A stretch of DNA of 61,653 nt from Actinomycetota bacterium. Its GTDB lineage: Bacteria; Actinomycetota; Coriobacteriia; Anaerosomatales; PHET01. The notes beneath the pieces were generated by a model, which was not told where the DNA came from, searched no databases, and saw only the letters and a list, made by a program, of their open reading frames with translations. Positions 27,982-37,784 of the stretch are shown here, one piece after another (the stretch's first letter is position 1; each line of letters begins with the position of its first letter). The translations under genes were made by a program, and so were the position numbers. Location: NCBI GenBank assembly GCA_037445775.1, contig JBBIJX010000005.1, positions 1-61,653 on the forward strand. The letters are read 5' to 3'.

Positions 27982-28998
27982 GTGTACCGCATGCGCTCGC
28001 GCATCGCGGTCCTGCTCGGGTTGTTCACGCTCGCGGGCGCGACGGTCGGGGTACTCGTTGCCCGCGTGGCGCCCGGCGCCGACGTTCTCGTCATCGCCGC
28101 TTCGCCGGTCGCGGGCTACCTCATCGGCCTGATCTTCGCTCGCGGGTTCGCGCGCCCGCTCGAGCGTCTCGCCGCGACAGCGGCCTCGTTCGGCGCGGGC
28201 AACCTCGATGCCCGGGCACGTACCGGCGGGCCGCGCGAGGTGCGCATGATCGCGCGCTCGTTCAACCGTATGGCCGACGAGGTCTCCTCGGCGCTCGCGC
28301 AAGTCACGAGCGAGGAGCGGCGCAAGACCCAGTTCGTCTCTGACGTGAGCCACGAGCTGCGCACTCCGCTCACGGCGATCCGTGGAGCGGCCGAGACGCT
28401 CCTCGACGGCGACGTCGCCTTCGACGACCAGCAGCGCTTCCTGTCGACCATCGCGCTCGAAGCCGAGCGGCTCACCCGCCTCGCGAACGACCTGCTCACG
28501 CTGCAGCGGATCGAGGGCGCGACCGGCGAGCTGCCGCTGAAACGCTTCGACCTGCGCGTCGCGGCGGACCGCGCAGCGGCGATGCTCGAGCCCCTCGTCG
28601 AGCATCGCGACGTCACGCTCACCGTTACCGGCTCCGCGCCACCCGTCCTGGGCGACCTGGACCGCATCCAGCAGGTGGTCGCCAACCTCGTGGACAACGC
28701 GACGCGTATCGTGGGTACCGGCGGGAAGGTGCGCGTCGAGCTTTCCGAGGAGGAGGGCTTCGCGGTGCTCGCCGTCATCGACAACGGTCCAGGCATCCCC
28801 GAGACCGATCTGCCGAACCTTTTCGACCGCTTCTATCGCGCCGACTCGAGCCGCGCGCGCTCCGGGGGCGGCGGCGCCGGACTCGGACTCGCCATCGTGC
28901 GCGCGATCGTGACGGCGCACGGGGGTACGATCGAAGCGGAGAACCTGCCCCCGCGCGGATCGTGCTTCACGGTGCGGCTACCGGCCGCCCCAGCGTAG
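27982..28998 (+). CDS. Sensor histidine kinase (2 TM, HAMP, HisKA, HATPase)
   Basis: FNRMA, SDVSHELRTPLT, NLVDNA, DNGPGI, FDRFYR, GAGLGLAI. Confidence 0.93.
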   Translation: MYRMRSRIAVLLGLFTLAGATVGVLVARVAPGADVLVIAASPVAGYLIGLIFARGFARPLERLAATAASFGAGNLDARARTGGPREVRMIARSFNRMADEVSSALAQVTSEERRKTQFVSDVSHELRTPLTAIRGAAETLLDGDVAFDDQQRFLSTIALEAERLTRLANDLLTLQRIEGATGELPLKRFDLRVAADRAAAMLEPLVEHRDVTLTVTGSAPPVLGDLDRIQQVVANLVDNATRIVGTGGKVRVELSEEEGFAVLAVIDNGPGIPETDLPNLFDRFYRADSSRARSGGGGAGLGLAIVRAIVTAHGGTIEAENLPPRGSCFTVRLPAAPA

Positions 28999-29556
28999 GG
29001 AGCGCCGCACTGCGCCCGCCACCGCGACGGCCACGAGCGCCTTGGCGACATCGGGGACGATGAACGGCGCGATTCCCGCCGCGACCGCAGCGGCCGGGTC
29101 GAGCGCGAGCACGATCGCGAGCTGCCACACCCCTAGGATGTAGACAACGGCAACGGCGGCGAGTGCGGCCGCGATGCCGGTCGGCGTCTGCGCCCATCCC
29201 CGCCGGACAAGCCAGCCCTGCAGCGCCGCGCCGATGATCGCGGCGGCGACGAAGCCGATGAGATAGCCGCCCGTGGGACCGGCGAGCACGGCGATCCCTC
29301 CCTTGCCGCCTGCGAAGACGGGCAGTCCCAGCGCCCCCAACGCCAAATAGAGTCCGACGGCGGCACCGGCCCACCGGGGCCGTAGGAGCAAGGCGGCGAG
29401 CACCACGAAGAACGTCTGCAGTGTCACGGGCACGGCGCCAACAGGAATCGCGACCCATGCCGACGCGCAGAGCAGCGCGGTGACGAGCGCGGCGGACGTC
29501 AGTTCACGCGTACGGGTTTGCGATGGGGCGTGCGCGACGGCGTGGGTGTGGTCCAT
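28978..29556 (-). CDS. bioY: Biotin transporter
   Basis: VPVTLQT, GLPVFAGG, GPTGGYLIGF, PFIVPD. Confidence 0.93.
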   Translation of the reverse strand: MDHTHAVAHAPSQTRTRELTSAALVTALLCASAWVAIPVGAVPVTLQTFFVVLAALLLRPRWAGAAVGLYLALGALGLPVFAGGKGGIAVLAGPTGGYLIGFVAAAIIGAALQGWLVRRGWAQTPTGIAAALAAVAVVYILGVWQLAIVLALDPAAAVAAGIAPFIVPDVAKALVAVAVAGAVRRSLRWGGR

Positions 29557-29568
29557 AGGTCGAGTCCT

Positions 29569-29601
29569 CCGTAAACCCTTGGTGAGTGAGTTGGTTCACG
29601 G
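29569..29601. promoter_or_regulatory. BirA operator upstream of bioY
   Basis: CCGTAAACC-N15-GGTTCACGG fits the TGTAAACC-N14/15-GGTTTACA BirA box; the adjacent BirA has an HTH. Confidence 0.75.
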
Positions 29602-29640
29602 TAAGGCCCGAACGGGGGCGCGTCAAGACGCGGCCCGCTC

Positions 29641-30618
29641 CTACGTGAGCCGCTCCTCATCACCCGGCGTCTTCAGTGTGACCTCGCCGGACGCCACGGC
29701 GACCGTTGTCCCGTCGCGCTCGACGAGCAGCCGCCCCGCAGCGTCGATCCCGCGCGCCACCCCGCTCACACGCACCATCCCGAGCGCGTTTCTGACGACA
29801 ACGTGCTGTCCTGTCAGTACCGAGCGCGCCTCGTAGTCGCCCAGCAGCTGCGTGAACCCCTCCGCGAGCCACGCGGCGTAGACCTCTGTGATGCCGTCGA
29901 GGCACGACCCCGCAGCCTCTGCCACGCCGACCTTGGGGGCGTAGTCGTGCACGTAGGCGGCGTGCGGCAGCGGCTCATCCGGACGCACGACGTTGAGGCC
30001 GAAGCCCGCGACGACCCAGCTCACCAAGTCGCCCTCCGCACCCATCTCGATCAGGATGCCGGCAAGCTTGCGCCCCTCGGCCTTCACGTCGTTGGGCCAC
30101 TTCAGTCTTGTCGTCACGCCGATCGTCTCAAGCCCGCGCGCGATGCCGAGCGCGACCACGAGCGCGAGCGGGCCGGCCTCGACCGGCGCGACCGGCGGGC
30201 GCATCACGCACGACACGTACGCGCCGCCTTCGGGTGAGGCCCACGCGCGCCCGAACCTGCCGCGCCCGCCTTCCTGGCGCGCCGCGACGACTACCGTCCC
30301 CTCCTCCGCCCCAGCGAGAGCCAGCGCGCGCGCGTCGTCGTTGGTCGAGACGGTCGAGAGCCCGCCCTCGAACGTGCGCCAGTACGGGTTGTGCACGAAT
30401 CGCGCGACCTCCCAAGGGAAGGCGCGGTCCGGGGCCGAGACGAGCGTGTAGCCCGCACCGGGGGCAGCGTCGATAACGTAGCCAAGGTCACGGAGCGCGG
30501 CCACGTGCTTGCCCACCGCGACTCGGCTGACACCAAGCATGCCTGCGAGACGCTCGCCGCTCAGTCCGGCCGCCCCAGCGGCCCTGATCGCATCGAGAAC
30601 GTGCTGGCGCGTGTTCAC
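29641..30618 (-). CDS. birA: Bifunctional biotin ligase / repressor
   Basis: N-terminal HTH (SGERLAGMLGVSRVAVGKH), STND, QEGGRGRFGRAW, KWPND, KLAGILIE. Confidence 0.95.
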   Translation of the reverse strand: MNTRQHVLDAIRAAGAAGLSGERLAGMLGVSRVAVGKHVAALRDLGYVIDAAPGAGYTLVSAPDRAFPWEVARFVHNPYWRTFEGGLSTVSTNDDARALALAGAEEGTVVVAARQEGGRGRFGRAWASPEGGAYVSCVMRPPVAPVEAGPLALVVALGIARGLETIGVTTRLKWPNDVKAEGRKLAGILIEMGAEGDLVSWVVAGFGLNVVRPDEPLPHAAYVHDYAPKVGVAEAAGSCLDGITEVYAAWLAEGFTQLLGDYEARSVLTGQHVVVRNALGMVRVSGVARGIDAAGRLLVERDGTTVAVASGEVTLKTPGDEERLT

Positions 30619-31328
30619 GACCCTCCCTCGGCGTCTGAATCGCCAGCCGCTCCTTCGGCGAGGGCCTGCGCCGCGCGCCGCGCCTTGACGCGCTTGCGCG
30701 TGAGCCAGACCCCCAGGACGAACGAAACGAACACCGCGAACCCCACCCAGCTCGCACCCGTCGCAACGCGCAGCGCCCGGTCCATGTTCTCTCCCACGAA
30801 CCAGCCTATCACGCACATGAGCGTCGATTGCGTGATGGCCCCGAGGAGAGTGTGAAACTCGAACCAGAACACCGGCATGCGGACGGCGCCGGCCATCGCC
30901 GGGACGAAGTTCTTGGCGCCGGTCGCAAAGCGCGAGAAGAAGACCGTCTTCGAGCCGTCGACGTCGAAGTGCTCCTGGACCTCGTCGATTCCGGCGGGGT
31001 CGATGCGAAGGATGCGGCCGATGCGCGTCGCAGCCACACGTTCAGCGAGCGCGCGCACATTCTCGATACCCGCCTTGCGCCCCAGCAGGTAGCTCAGGTT
31101 GCTGCCCGCGACGGTCCCGAGAACCGAGGCGCCCCACACCAGCCACAGCTTCAGCCCGCCCGCCGAAGCCACAAAAGACGAGGCGATCACGACCATCTCA
31201 CCGGGCGTGAGCGAGCCCACCACGAAGACGTTCTCCGATACCGTGGCGGCGAACACGACAAGGTAGCCCGACTGCCCGAGCAGGGCGAGAAATGAGTCAA
31301 CGATCGCGATTCCGGTCTCAGGGACCAC
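30615..31328 (-). CDS. DedA family membrane protein
   Basis: E..FVVG..PGE, GSNLSYLLGR, VFFSRF, PAMAG. Confidence 0.85.
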   Translation of the reverse strand: MVPETGIAIVDSFLALLGQSGYLVVFAATVSENVFVVGSLTPGEMVVIASSFVASAGGLKLWLVWGASVLGTVAGSNLSYLLGRKAGIENVRALAERVAATRIGRILRIDPAGIDEVQEHFDVDGSKTVFFSRFATGAKNFVPAMAGAVRMPVFWFEFHTLLGAITQSTLMCVIGWFVGENMDRALRVATGASWVGFAVFVSFVLGVWLTRKRVKARRAAQALAEGAAGDSDAEGGS

Positions 31329-31364
31329 AGGTGCCTCCGTCGGCAGTTCGGAGCGGTGACGGCG

Positions 31365-32291
31365 TTACGCCTCATCCAATCCGAAGTCGACGGGAGGCGC
31401 AAGGGTGAGCGCGCTCGATGATACCCGGCCGACACCTGCGGCGCCGAGCGCCTGCAGCCGGTCGCGCGTGATGTTTCCGGACGCCTCGACGATAAGCGAG
31501 CGCCCCCGATCAGCCGCGGCGATCAAGCACCCGGTCGCGACGAGCGTCGTCGTGTCATCGTCCATGTTGTCGAGGAGCACGATGTCGGCTCCGTGGACGA
31601 CGGCCTCGAGCGCCTGGGCCTCAGTGTCCGCCTCGACCTCGACGAGAAGGCCCGGATTCGCCGCGTCGGCGCGCCCGATCGCCTCTGCGATCGTCGCGTG
31701 CCTGAGGTGGTTGTCCTTGATGAGCACCATGTCATGAAGGCCGTCCCTGTGGTTCGTGCCGCCGCCCACGCGCACCGCGTACTTCGATAGCGCCCTGAGG
31801 CCCGGATAGGTCTTGCGCGTGTCGCACACGGCGAGGCCGAGCGGTGCCGCCTCGACCCATCGCTTCGTCTCGGTCGCGATGCCGGACAGGACCATGAGGA
31901 AGTCAAGGGCGGTGCGCTCAGCGCTCAGCACGACCGCCGCGAGGCCGTCGACCTCAGCGACGGCGGTACCGGCCGAGACACGCGCACCCTCCGCGACCAG
32001 CGGGAAGAACTCGACCGGCTCGAACAGGCCTACCGCGGCCGACAGCGCCTCGAAGACCGCTGCTGCCACCGGCAGCCCCGCCACGACGCACTCCTCACGC
32101 GCGACAACGGTTCCGAAGAAGCGTGCATCGAAGCCCACCACCGGCGCCGTCGTCACGTCACGCTCGAGCAGCGCGAGCGACGGCTCCGAAGACGCGAGCG
32201 CTTCGCGCTCCATGCCTAGGTCCTCGGCAAGCGCGGCGGCCACGATCCCGGTCACATCGGGCAGTTCGAACACGGCAGCTCCCTCAGGCAC
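31365..32291 (-). CDS. nadC: Nicotinate-nucleotide diphosphorylase (carboxylating)
   Basis: ERTALDFL, DTRKTYPGLR, GGGTNHR, IKDNH, EVE, LLDN, EASG. Confidence 0.95.
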   Translation of the reverse strand: MPEGAAVFELPDVTGIVAAALAEDLGMEREALASSEPSLALLERDVTTAPVVGFDARFFGTVVAREECVVAGLPVAAAVFEALSAAVGLFEPVEFFPLVAEGARVSAGTAVAEVDGLAAVVLSAERTALDFLMVLSGIATETKRWVEAAPLGLAVCDTRKTYPGLRALSKYAVRVGGGTNHRDGLHDMVLIKDNHLRHATIAEAIGRADAANPGLLVEVEADTEAQALEAVVHGADIVLLDNMDDDTTTLVATGCLIAAADRGRSLIVEASGNITRDRLQALGAAGVGRVSSSALTLAPPVDFGLDEA

Positions 32292-32292
32292 G

Positions 32293-33918
32293 CTACGCCC
32301 CTGACGGCCGAACGGGCGCGAACCGCGGTTCGCATCCCCGTACGAAGATTGTGTGCCCTAGCCAGCGCTCGTCGTCACGCTCGCCGAAGTCGAGACGCAT
32401 GTGACAGCCCCTTGATTCGGTCCGAACCGCCGCCGCGCGCGCGATGAGGCCGGCAACGGTCACGAGGTTGGCCAGTTCGAGGTGCGCGACCGCATCGCCC
32501 GGCCTCGGTGTCGCGGCTTGGATCTCAGCCTCGATGAGCGCGAGCTCGGATGCGGCGCGGACGAGCCCGTCGGCGGTGCGGCCCATGCCGAGCAGCTCGC
32601 CAGCGACCGCGTGCAGGCGAGCGCGAGCGGAACCCTGCACCGCCGGTGGCGACGCGACGGCTTCGCCAACCGCGTCACTCACGTCGACGCCCCTCACAGC
32701 GGCCGCCACCGTCGCGCTGTCGAGCACGCGCGCGATGCGCCGCGAGAAGACGAGGCCCTCGAGCAGCGAGTTCGACGCGAGCCGATTCGCTCCGTGAAGC
32801 CCGCTTGCCGTGACTTCGCCCGACGCGAAGAGGCCCGGCACGCTCGTGCGCCCGTCGGCGTCCACGCGCACGCCGCCAACGAGGTAGTGGGCCGCCGGCG
32901 CTACGGGCACGAGGTCTGCCGAGAGGTCGTAGCCCGCCTCCGCGCAGGCACGCCAGATGTTCGGGAAGCGCGCCCGGAGGTGCGCTTCGCCCAGGTGGCG
33001 GGCGTCGAGCAGGACATTGCGGCGGCCGCAGCGAGTCATCACACTCTCGATCTCGCGGCTCACGACGTCACGGGGCGCGAGTTCGGCGAGCGGGTGGACG
33101 CCCGCCATGAAGCGCCGCTCGTCGCAGTCGAGCAGGTAGGCGCCCTCGCCCCTGAGCGCCTCGCTCACTAGGAAGCGCGGCGCGGCGTCGGAGTCGAGCG
33201 CCGTGGGGTGGAACTGGACGAACTCGAGGTCGCTCACCTCTGCGCCTGCGCGCCAGGCGGCCGCAACCCCGTCGCCGGTGGCGATGAGCGGGTTCGTCGT
33301 CACCGGGTAGACCTGGCCCGCCCCGCCCGTGGCAAGAACGACGGCGTCAGCGCGGAACGTCTCGACGTCACCTGTGCGCGTGTTGAGTACGACAGCGCCC
33401 CGGCACCGGCCGTCGTCGACGATGAGGTCAACGAGGAAGCGGTGCTCGAGCACGGGGATGCGCCCGCGCGAGATGAGCGAGGTGACGAGCGCGTCCTGGA
33501 TCGCGGCACCGGTCTTGTCGCCGGAGTGCAGCACGCGCGGCAGCGAGTGTCCGCCCTCGCGCGCGAGCGCCACCCCGCCTCCTTCGGCGAGGTCGAAGCG
33601 CACGCCGAAGCCGAGCAGTGACTCGAGCGCCTCGGGCGCCTCGCTCACGACAGCACGCACCACCGCTTCGTCACAGAGCCCCTGCCCCACCACGATAGTG
33701 TCCGCGACGTGCAGGTCGACCGAGTCCGCCTCACCCACAGCGCCCGCGATCCCGCCCTGCGCGTACCAAGTGCTGGTTTGCGCGAGCTCGCCCTTCGTGA
33801 CGAGCGTGACGGAACGGTCGCGCGAGCAGTGCAGCGCCGCGCTGAGCCCGGCGATCCCCGAGCCCACGACGAGGACGTCGGACTCCGTGACGCGCCCGCT
33901 GCCGGCGTTCTCAGCCAA
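32293..33918 (-). CDS. nadB: L-aspartate oxidase
   Basis: GSGIAGL, AQGGIA, REGGHS, QFHPT, SEALRGEG, LAPRD, LHGANRLASNSLLE. Confidence 0.95.
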   Translation of the reverse strand: MAENAGSGRVTESDVLVVGSGIAGLSAALHCSRDRSVTLVTKGELAQTSTWYAQGGIAGAVGEADSVDLHVADTIVVGQGLCDEAVVRAVVSEAPEALESLLGFGVRFDLAEGGGVALAREGGHSLPRVLHSGDKTGAAIQDALVTSLISRGRIPVLEHRFLVDLIVDDGRCRGAVVLNTRTGDVETFRADAVVLATGGAGQVYPVTTNPLIATGDGVAAAWRAGAEVSDLEFVQFHPTALDSDAAPRFLVSEALRGEGAYLLDCDERRFMAGVHPLAELAPRDVVSREIESVMTRCGRRNVLLDARHLGEAHLRARFPNIWRACAEAGYDLSADLVPVAPAAHYLVGGVRVDADGRTSVPGLFASGEVTASGLHGANRLASNSLLEGLVFSRRIARVLDSATVAAAVRGVDVSDAVGEAVASPPAVQGSARARLHAVAGELLGMGRTADGLVRAASELALIEAEIQAATPRPGDAVAHLELANLVTVAGLIARAAAVRTESRGCHMRLDFGERDDERWLGHTIFVRGCEPRFAPVRPSGA

Positions 33919-34834
33919 TCGCGACCATCCGCTCGACCGCCGTGCGCGCCCGGGCGGCGACGTCCGCGTCGACGTCGACGGCGTACTGGTCGTAGAGGAG
34001 CGCGTCGCGCACCTTCACGAGCGTGGTGAGCTTCATGTTCGGGCACAGCATGCGCGGGGCGAGCTCGTGGAAGACCTTGCCCGGCGCGGCCTTCTCGAGC
34101 GCATGGACGAGGCCCGTCTCAGTCACCACGACGAACTCGCGGGCGGGGTCGGCCGCCGCGAACGACAGCATCTGCGACGTGGACAGCACGGCGTCGGCGA
34201 GGTCGACGACGTCCGGCCGGCACTCGGGATGCGCCATGACGCGCGCGTGCGGGTGCGCCGCGCGTGCCGCCGCCACCTGTTCGGCGGTGACCTCGTCGTG
34301 CGTGGGACACCAGCCGTCCCAGAGGATCACATCGACGGCTGGCAGCGACCGCGCTACCCAGCTGCCCAGGTTGCGGTCCGGAGCGAACAGGATGCGATCG
34401 GAGCCGAGCGAGCGAACGACCGCGACCGCGTTGGCGCTCGTCACGCAGACGTCCGAGTGCGCTTTGACCTCGGCCGACGAGTTCACGTAGGTCACGACCG
34501 GCACGCCCGGGTGCTCACGTCGCCACGCTTTGAGCGCCTCGCCGGTGATCATGTCCGCCATGGGACATCCGGCGCGCGGCTCAGGGATCAGCACGCGCTT
34601 GTCAGGCGCGAGGATCTTCGCCGTCTCTGCCATGAAGTGCACGCCCGCGAAGACGATCTTCGACGAGCGTGTCGCGGCGGCCTGGCGCGAGAGGCCGAGC
34701 GAGTCGCCGGTGAACGTGGCGACGTCCTGGACCTCGGCCCGCTGGTAGTTGTGCGCGATGACGACCGCGTCGCGCTCCTTCGCGAGCGTGCGGATCTCCT
34801 CGGAGAGCGCGGCGAGCGTCGCGGCGTCAGGCAC
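33911..34834 (-). CDS. nadA: Quinolinate synthase
   Basis: AHNYQ, GDSL, GVHFMAE, GCPMAD, YVNS, CPTH, HPEC, CPNMK; GTG start 34834. Confidence 0.95.
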   Translation of the reverse strand: MPDAATLAALSEEIRTLAKERDAVVIAHNYQRAEVQDVATFTGDSLGLSRQAAATRSSKIVFAGVHFMAETAKILAPDKRVLIPEPRAGCPMADMITGEALKAWRREHPGVPVVTYVNSSAEVKAHSDVCVTSANAVAVVRSLGSDRILFAPDRNLGSWVARSLPAVDVILWDGWCPTHDEVTAEQVAAARAAHPHARVMAHPECRPDVVDLADAVLSTSQMLSFAAADPAREFVVVTETGLVHALEKAAPGKVFHELAPRMLCPNMKLTTLVKVRDALLYDQYAVDVDADVAARARTAVERMVAIG

Positions 34835-35696
34835 GGGAGACCCCCCGGGGAACGAGCGCGCAGTTGTCGATGAGGCGGGTCGTGCCCACGCGGCCGGCGA
34901 TAAGCGCGCGGGCGGGCGCGTCCTCGACGCGCTCGAGCGGCTCGAGCGTGACCGGGTCGACGACCGCGGCATAGTCGAGCGCGACACCGCCGCGTTCAGC
35001 GACTGTGGCGCGCATCGCCTCTTCAAGCATCCGGGCGCCGGTCTCGCCTGACGCGAGCGCGGTCTCGGCGACGCTTAGGGCGGCAGGGATCGCAAGCGCC
35101 GCCGCTCTGCCCTCGCGCGTGAGGTAGGCGTTGCGGCTCGACAGCGCGAGGCCGTCGTCTTCGCGCACCGTTGGTCCGGCTGCGATCGTGCAACCCAGAT
35201 CGAGATCGCGCGCGATCGTCTCGACGATGCGCAGCTGCTGGTAGTCCTTCTCGCCGAAGAAGGCCACGTCCGGACGGACGATCGACAGGAGCTTCGCCAC
35301 TACGGTGGCGACCCCGTTGAAGTGGCCCGGGCGCGCTTCGCCTTCCCAGCGGCGCGCGAGTGGCCCTGGATCGACGGTGACGGCGGTGCCGGGCGCATAC
35401 ATCTCGCCCGCGCTCGGCGTGAAGGCGATCTCGACGCCCTCGGCGGCCAGGTGCGCGAGATCATCGTCGAGACGCCGCGGGTAGGTGGCGTAGTCCTCGC
35501 CCGGGGCGAACTGCGTGGGGTTGACGAAGATCGACACGACGACGAGGTCGGCGCGCGCGCATGCGGCGTGCACGAGCGAGAGGTGCCCGGCGTGCAGCGC
35601 CCCCATCGTGGGGACGAAGCCGATTCGCTTGGCGTCGCGCCGGGCTGCCGTGACCGCCGCGCGCACCTCGTCCTTGCTGTGCAACCGCTCGATCAC
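34827..35696 (-). CDS. panC: Pantoate--beta-alanine ligase
   Basis: VPTMGALHAGH, SIFVNPTQF, RPGHF, FGEKDYQQ, GLALSSRN, RLIDN. Confidence 0.96.
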   Translation of the reverse strand: MIERLHSKDEVRAAVTAARRDAKRIGFVPTMGALHAGHLSLVHAACARADLVVVSIFVNPTQFAPGEDYATYPRRLDDDLAHLAAEGVEIAFTPSAGEMYAPGTAVTVDPGPLARRWEGEARPGHFNGVATVVAKLLSIVRPDVAFFGEKDYQQLRIVETIARDLDLGCTIAAGPTVREDDGLALSSRNAYLTREGRAAALAIPAALSVAETALASGETGARMLEEAMRATVAERGGVALDYAAVVDPVTLEPLERVEDAPARALIAGRVGTTRLIDNCALVPRGVSRA

Positions 35697-36586
35697 GCGC
35701 TCCCACCACCGCGGGCGGAGGTGCTCGCGGCTTCCGCCTCGGCCACGACCGCGGCGTCGACGTGGGTCATCTGCGCCTCGGTGGGAAACTCGCCAGCACG
35801 CACTTCGCCAGCGTAGGTGGCGACCGCGTCGGCGATGACGGCGGAGACGTTCGCATAGCGCTTCGCGTGCCTAGGCAGGAAGTCACCCAGTCCAACGACA
35901 TCGTGGAACACCTGTACCTGCCCGTCGCAGCCGCCGCCGGCGCCGATGCCTATGGTGGGCACATACAACCGCGCGGTCACGCGGCGCGCGAGCTCGGCCG
36001 GGATGCATTCGAGCACGACGGCGAACGCACCGGCCTGCGCGAGCGCGAGGCAGTCGTCGATGAGCTTCGCAGCCGCGGCCGCGTCCTTCGCCTGCGTCGA
36101 GTAGCCGCCCAGCGCGTGCACGGACTGCGGCGTGAGGCCCACATGCCCCATCACCGGGATGCCGGCCTCGACGAGTCCGCGCGTGAGAGCGAGCGTGCCG
36201 GCGGCGGCGCCTTCGAGCTTGACAGCTTGGGCACCACCCTCGGCGACAAGACGGGCGGCGTTACGCATACCCTCCTCGTAGGAGGCCTGGTAGCTCATGA
36301 ACGGCATGTCCGCGACGACGAGCGCGCGCTTCACCGCTCTCGTGACCGCCGAGGTCGCCCGGACGACGTCGTCGACGGTCACCGGCAACGTGCTGTCGTG
36401 CCCGAGTACCGTCATTCCAAGCGAATCGCCCACGAGAACCGCATCCACGCCGGCACTCTCGACGAGGCGCGCCGTAGGGAAGTCATACGCGGTTATCATC
36501 ACGATGGGGCGTGCGGAATGCTTCATGGCCGTCAGGGCCGAAGCGGTAACGCGCGGCCCGGGGGCCTGCGCAGGATGAGCGCTCAT
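35693..36586 (-). CDS. panB: 3-methyl-2-oxobutanoate hydroxymethyltransferase
   Basis: MITAYD, LVGDSLG, ADMPF, VKLEG, GHVGLTPQ, IGIGAG..CDGQV. Confidence 0.96.
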   Translation of the reverse strand: MSAHPAQAPGPRVTASALTAMKHSARPIVMITAYDFPTARLVESAGVDAVLVGDSLGMTVLGHDSTLPVTVDDVVRATSAVTRAVKRALVVADMPFMSYQASYEEGMRNAARLVAEGGAQAVKLEGAAAGTLALTRGLVEAGIPVMGHVGLTPQSVHALGGYSTQAKDAAAAAKLIDDCLALAQAGAFAVVLECIPAELARRVTARLYVPTIGIGAGGGCDGQVQVFHDVVGLGDFLPRHAKRYANVSAVIADAVATYAGEVRAGEFPTEAQMTHVDAAVVAEAEAASTSARGGGSA

Positions 36587-36714
36587 GGCGCCTCCTTCCA
36601 CGGTCCGTCGTCGCAGCCCGCTGCCTGCGGGTCCACGCGACCCTCCGACGAGGGAGTGCGAGTATACACCGTCATCACCGGCGCCTGCGCGCGGCGTCTC
36701 CGCTGCGCGAATCC

Positions 36715-37506
36715 TCAGAGTGCGGGCGGGCCCTCATCGAAGTTCGGGGGCGCCGCGTCGATGGCGGCCATCAGTTCGCGCGCGCGTCCGACGCGGTCCG
36801 CAGGCACGAGCAACCGGTAAGTGACGGGCATGCCGAACGGGTCCATGTCCATGCCCGGCTCATGCGGCTCCCAAGCGACCGGGATGCCCTCGTCAACGAG
36901 CACCTCCCGTTTGAGCTGCAGTGACGCGTCGAAGCCCACGATGCGGTCGGCCGTCGTCTGGCTCGTCGCCACCTCAACCCACTCGACCGGCTCGATAGGC
37001 ACGTCGTGAATCGCACCGACGTCTGGAATGGGTCCCGCATCGCGCAGGACGTCGCCTTGGGTCGCCTCGGAACGGCGCAGGTGGTGCCCGTTGGGCAGCG
37101 TGATACGCGGTGCGATCTCGAGCAGCGGCGTGACCACGAAGTCACGCTCGGTGAGTCCGGGATGCGGCAGTGTGAGCTCGGTGGTGTTCCACTCCTCGTC
37201 GTCGTAGAGCAAGAGGTCGAGGTCGATGACGCGCGGCCCCTGGTCGCGCTCGCGCACCCGTCCCATGGCGGACTCGATGTCGAGCAGGTGCGCCATGAGC
37301 GCGTCGGCCATGAGCGACGTCGTCACCTGGGCGGCGGCGTTGAGAAAGAGCGGCTGGTCCTCGACGTAGGCCGGCACGGATTCGTACGCGTTCGAGACCT
37401 GTTCGACGTGCGTCTCGGGCAGGTGCGCGACCGCCTCGACGGCGCTCGCGAGATTGCCCATGCGGTCACCCAGGTTACTGCCGAACCCAATGTACGCGGT
37501 CGCCAT
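36715..37506 (-). CDS. folK: HPPK with a C-terminal extra domain
   Basis: AYIGFGSNLGD, FLNA, GPRVIDLDLL, LPHP..ERDFV; about 100-aa extension. Confidence 0.93.
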   Translation of the reverse strand: MATAYIGFGSNLGDRMGNLASAVEAVAHLPETHVEQVSNAYESVPAYVEDQPLFLNAAAQVTTSLMADALMAHLLDIESAMGRVRERDQGPRVIDLDLLLYDDEEWNTTELTLPHPGLTERDFVVTPLLEIAPRITLPNGHHLRRSEATQGDVLRDAGPIPDVGAIHDVPIEPVEWVEVATSQTTADRIVGFDASLQLKREVLVDEGIPVAWEPHEPGMDMDPFGMPVTYRLLVPADRVGRARELMAAIDAAPPNFDEGPPAL

Positions 37507-37572
37507 GGGAATCGCCCTCCCCGAGTTCGGAGACGTTGTGAAACCGTCCGTAAGAGAGGTATTCCCGCGAGT

Positions 37573-37590
37573 TCAGTAGTGATACCTGAG
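37573..37590. repeat. 18-bp direct repeat, left copy (TCAGTAGTGATACCTGAG); copy of the yoeB 3' end
   Basis: Identical to 39870-39887, the last five codons plus stop of yoeB (LRYHY*). Confidence 0.9.
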
Positions 37591-37599
37591 AGATCGCGA

Positions 37600-37624
37600 A
37601 CGAGTGCAGACGACGAGTGCAGAC
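37600..37624. repeat. Tandem duplication ACGAGTGCAGAC x2 (13-bp period)
   Basis: 37600-37611 and 37613-37624. Confidence 0.7.
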
Positions 37625-37677
37625 CGCTTCACGCGCGGAAACGCCGAAGGGGCTCGCGGAGCGGCCGCTGTGAGGTA

Positions 37678-37706
37678 GTGACAACGAACACACGTTCGCA
37701 TATCAT
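37678..37706 (+). promoter_or_regulatory. Sigma70 promoter of the R-M operon with a LexA (SOS) box in the spacer
   Basis: GTGACA-17 nt-TATCAT; the spacer holds CGAAC-ACAC-GTTCG (37685-37698), the Gram-positive/actinobacterial SOS box. Confidence 0.75.
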
Positions 37707-37784
37707 GAGGGTATCGCAGATGCAGGCTCGATGTATGCTTGCCGGAGACTGATCGGTGCCAACACGCGGAGACAGGGGTGCGCC

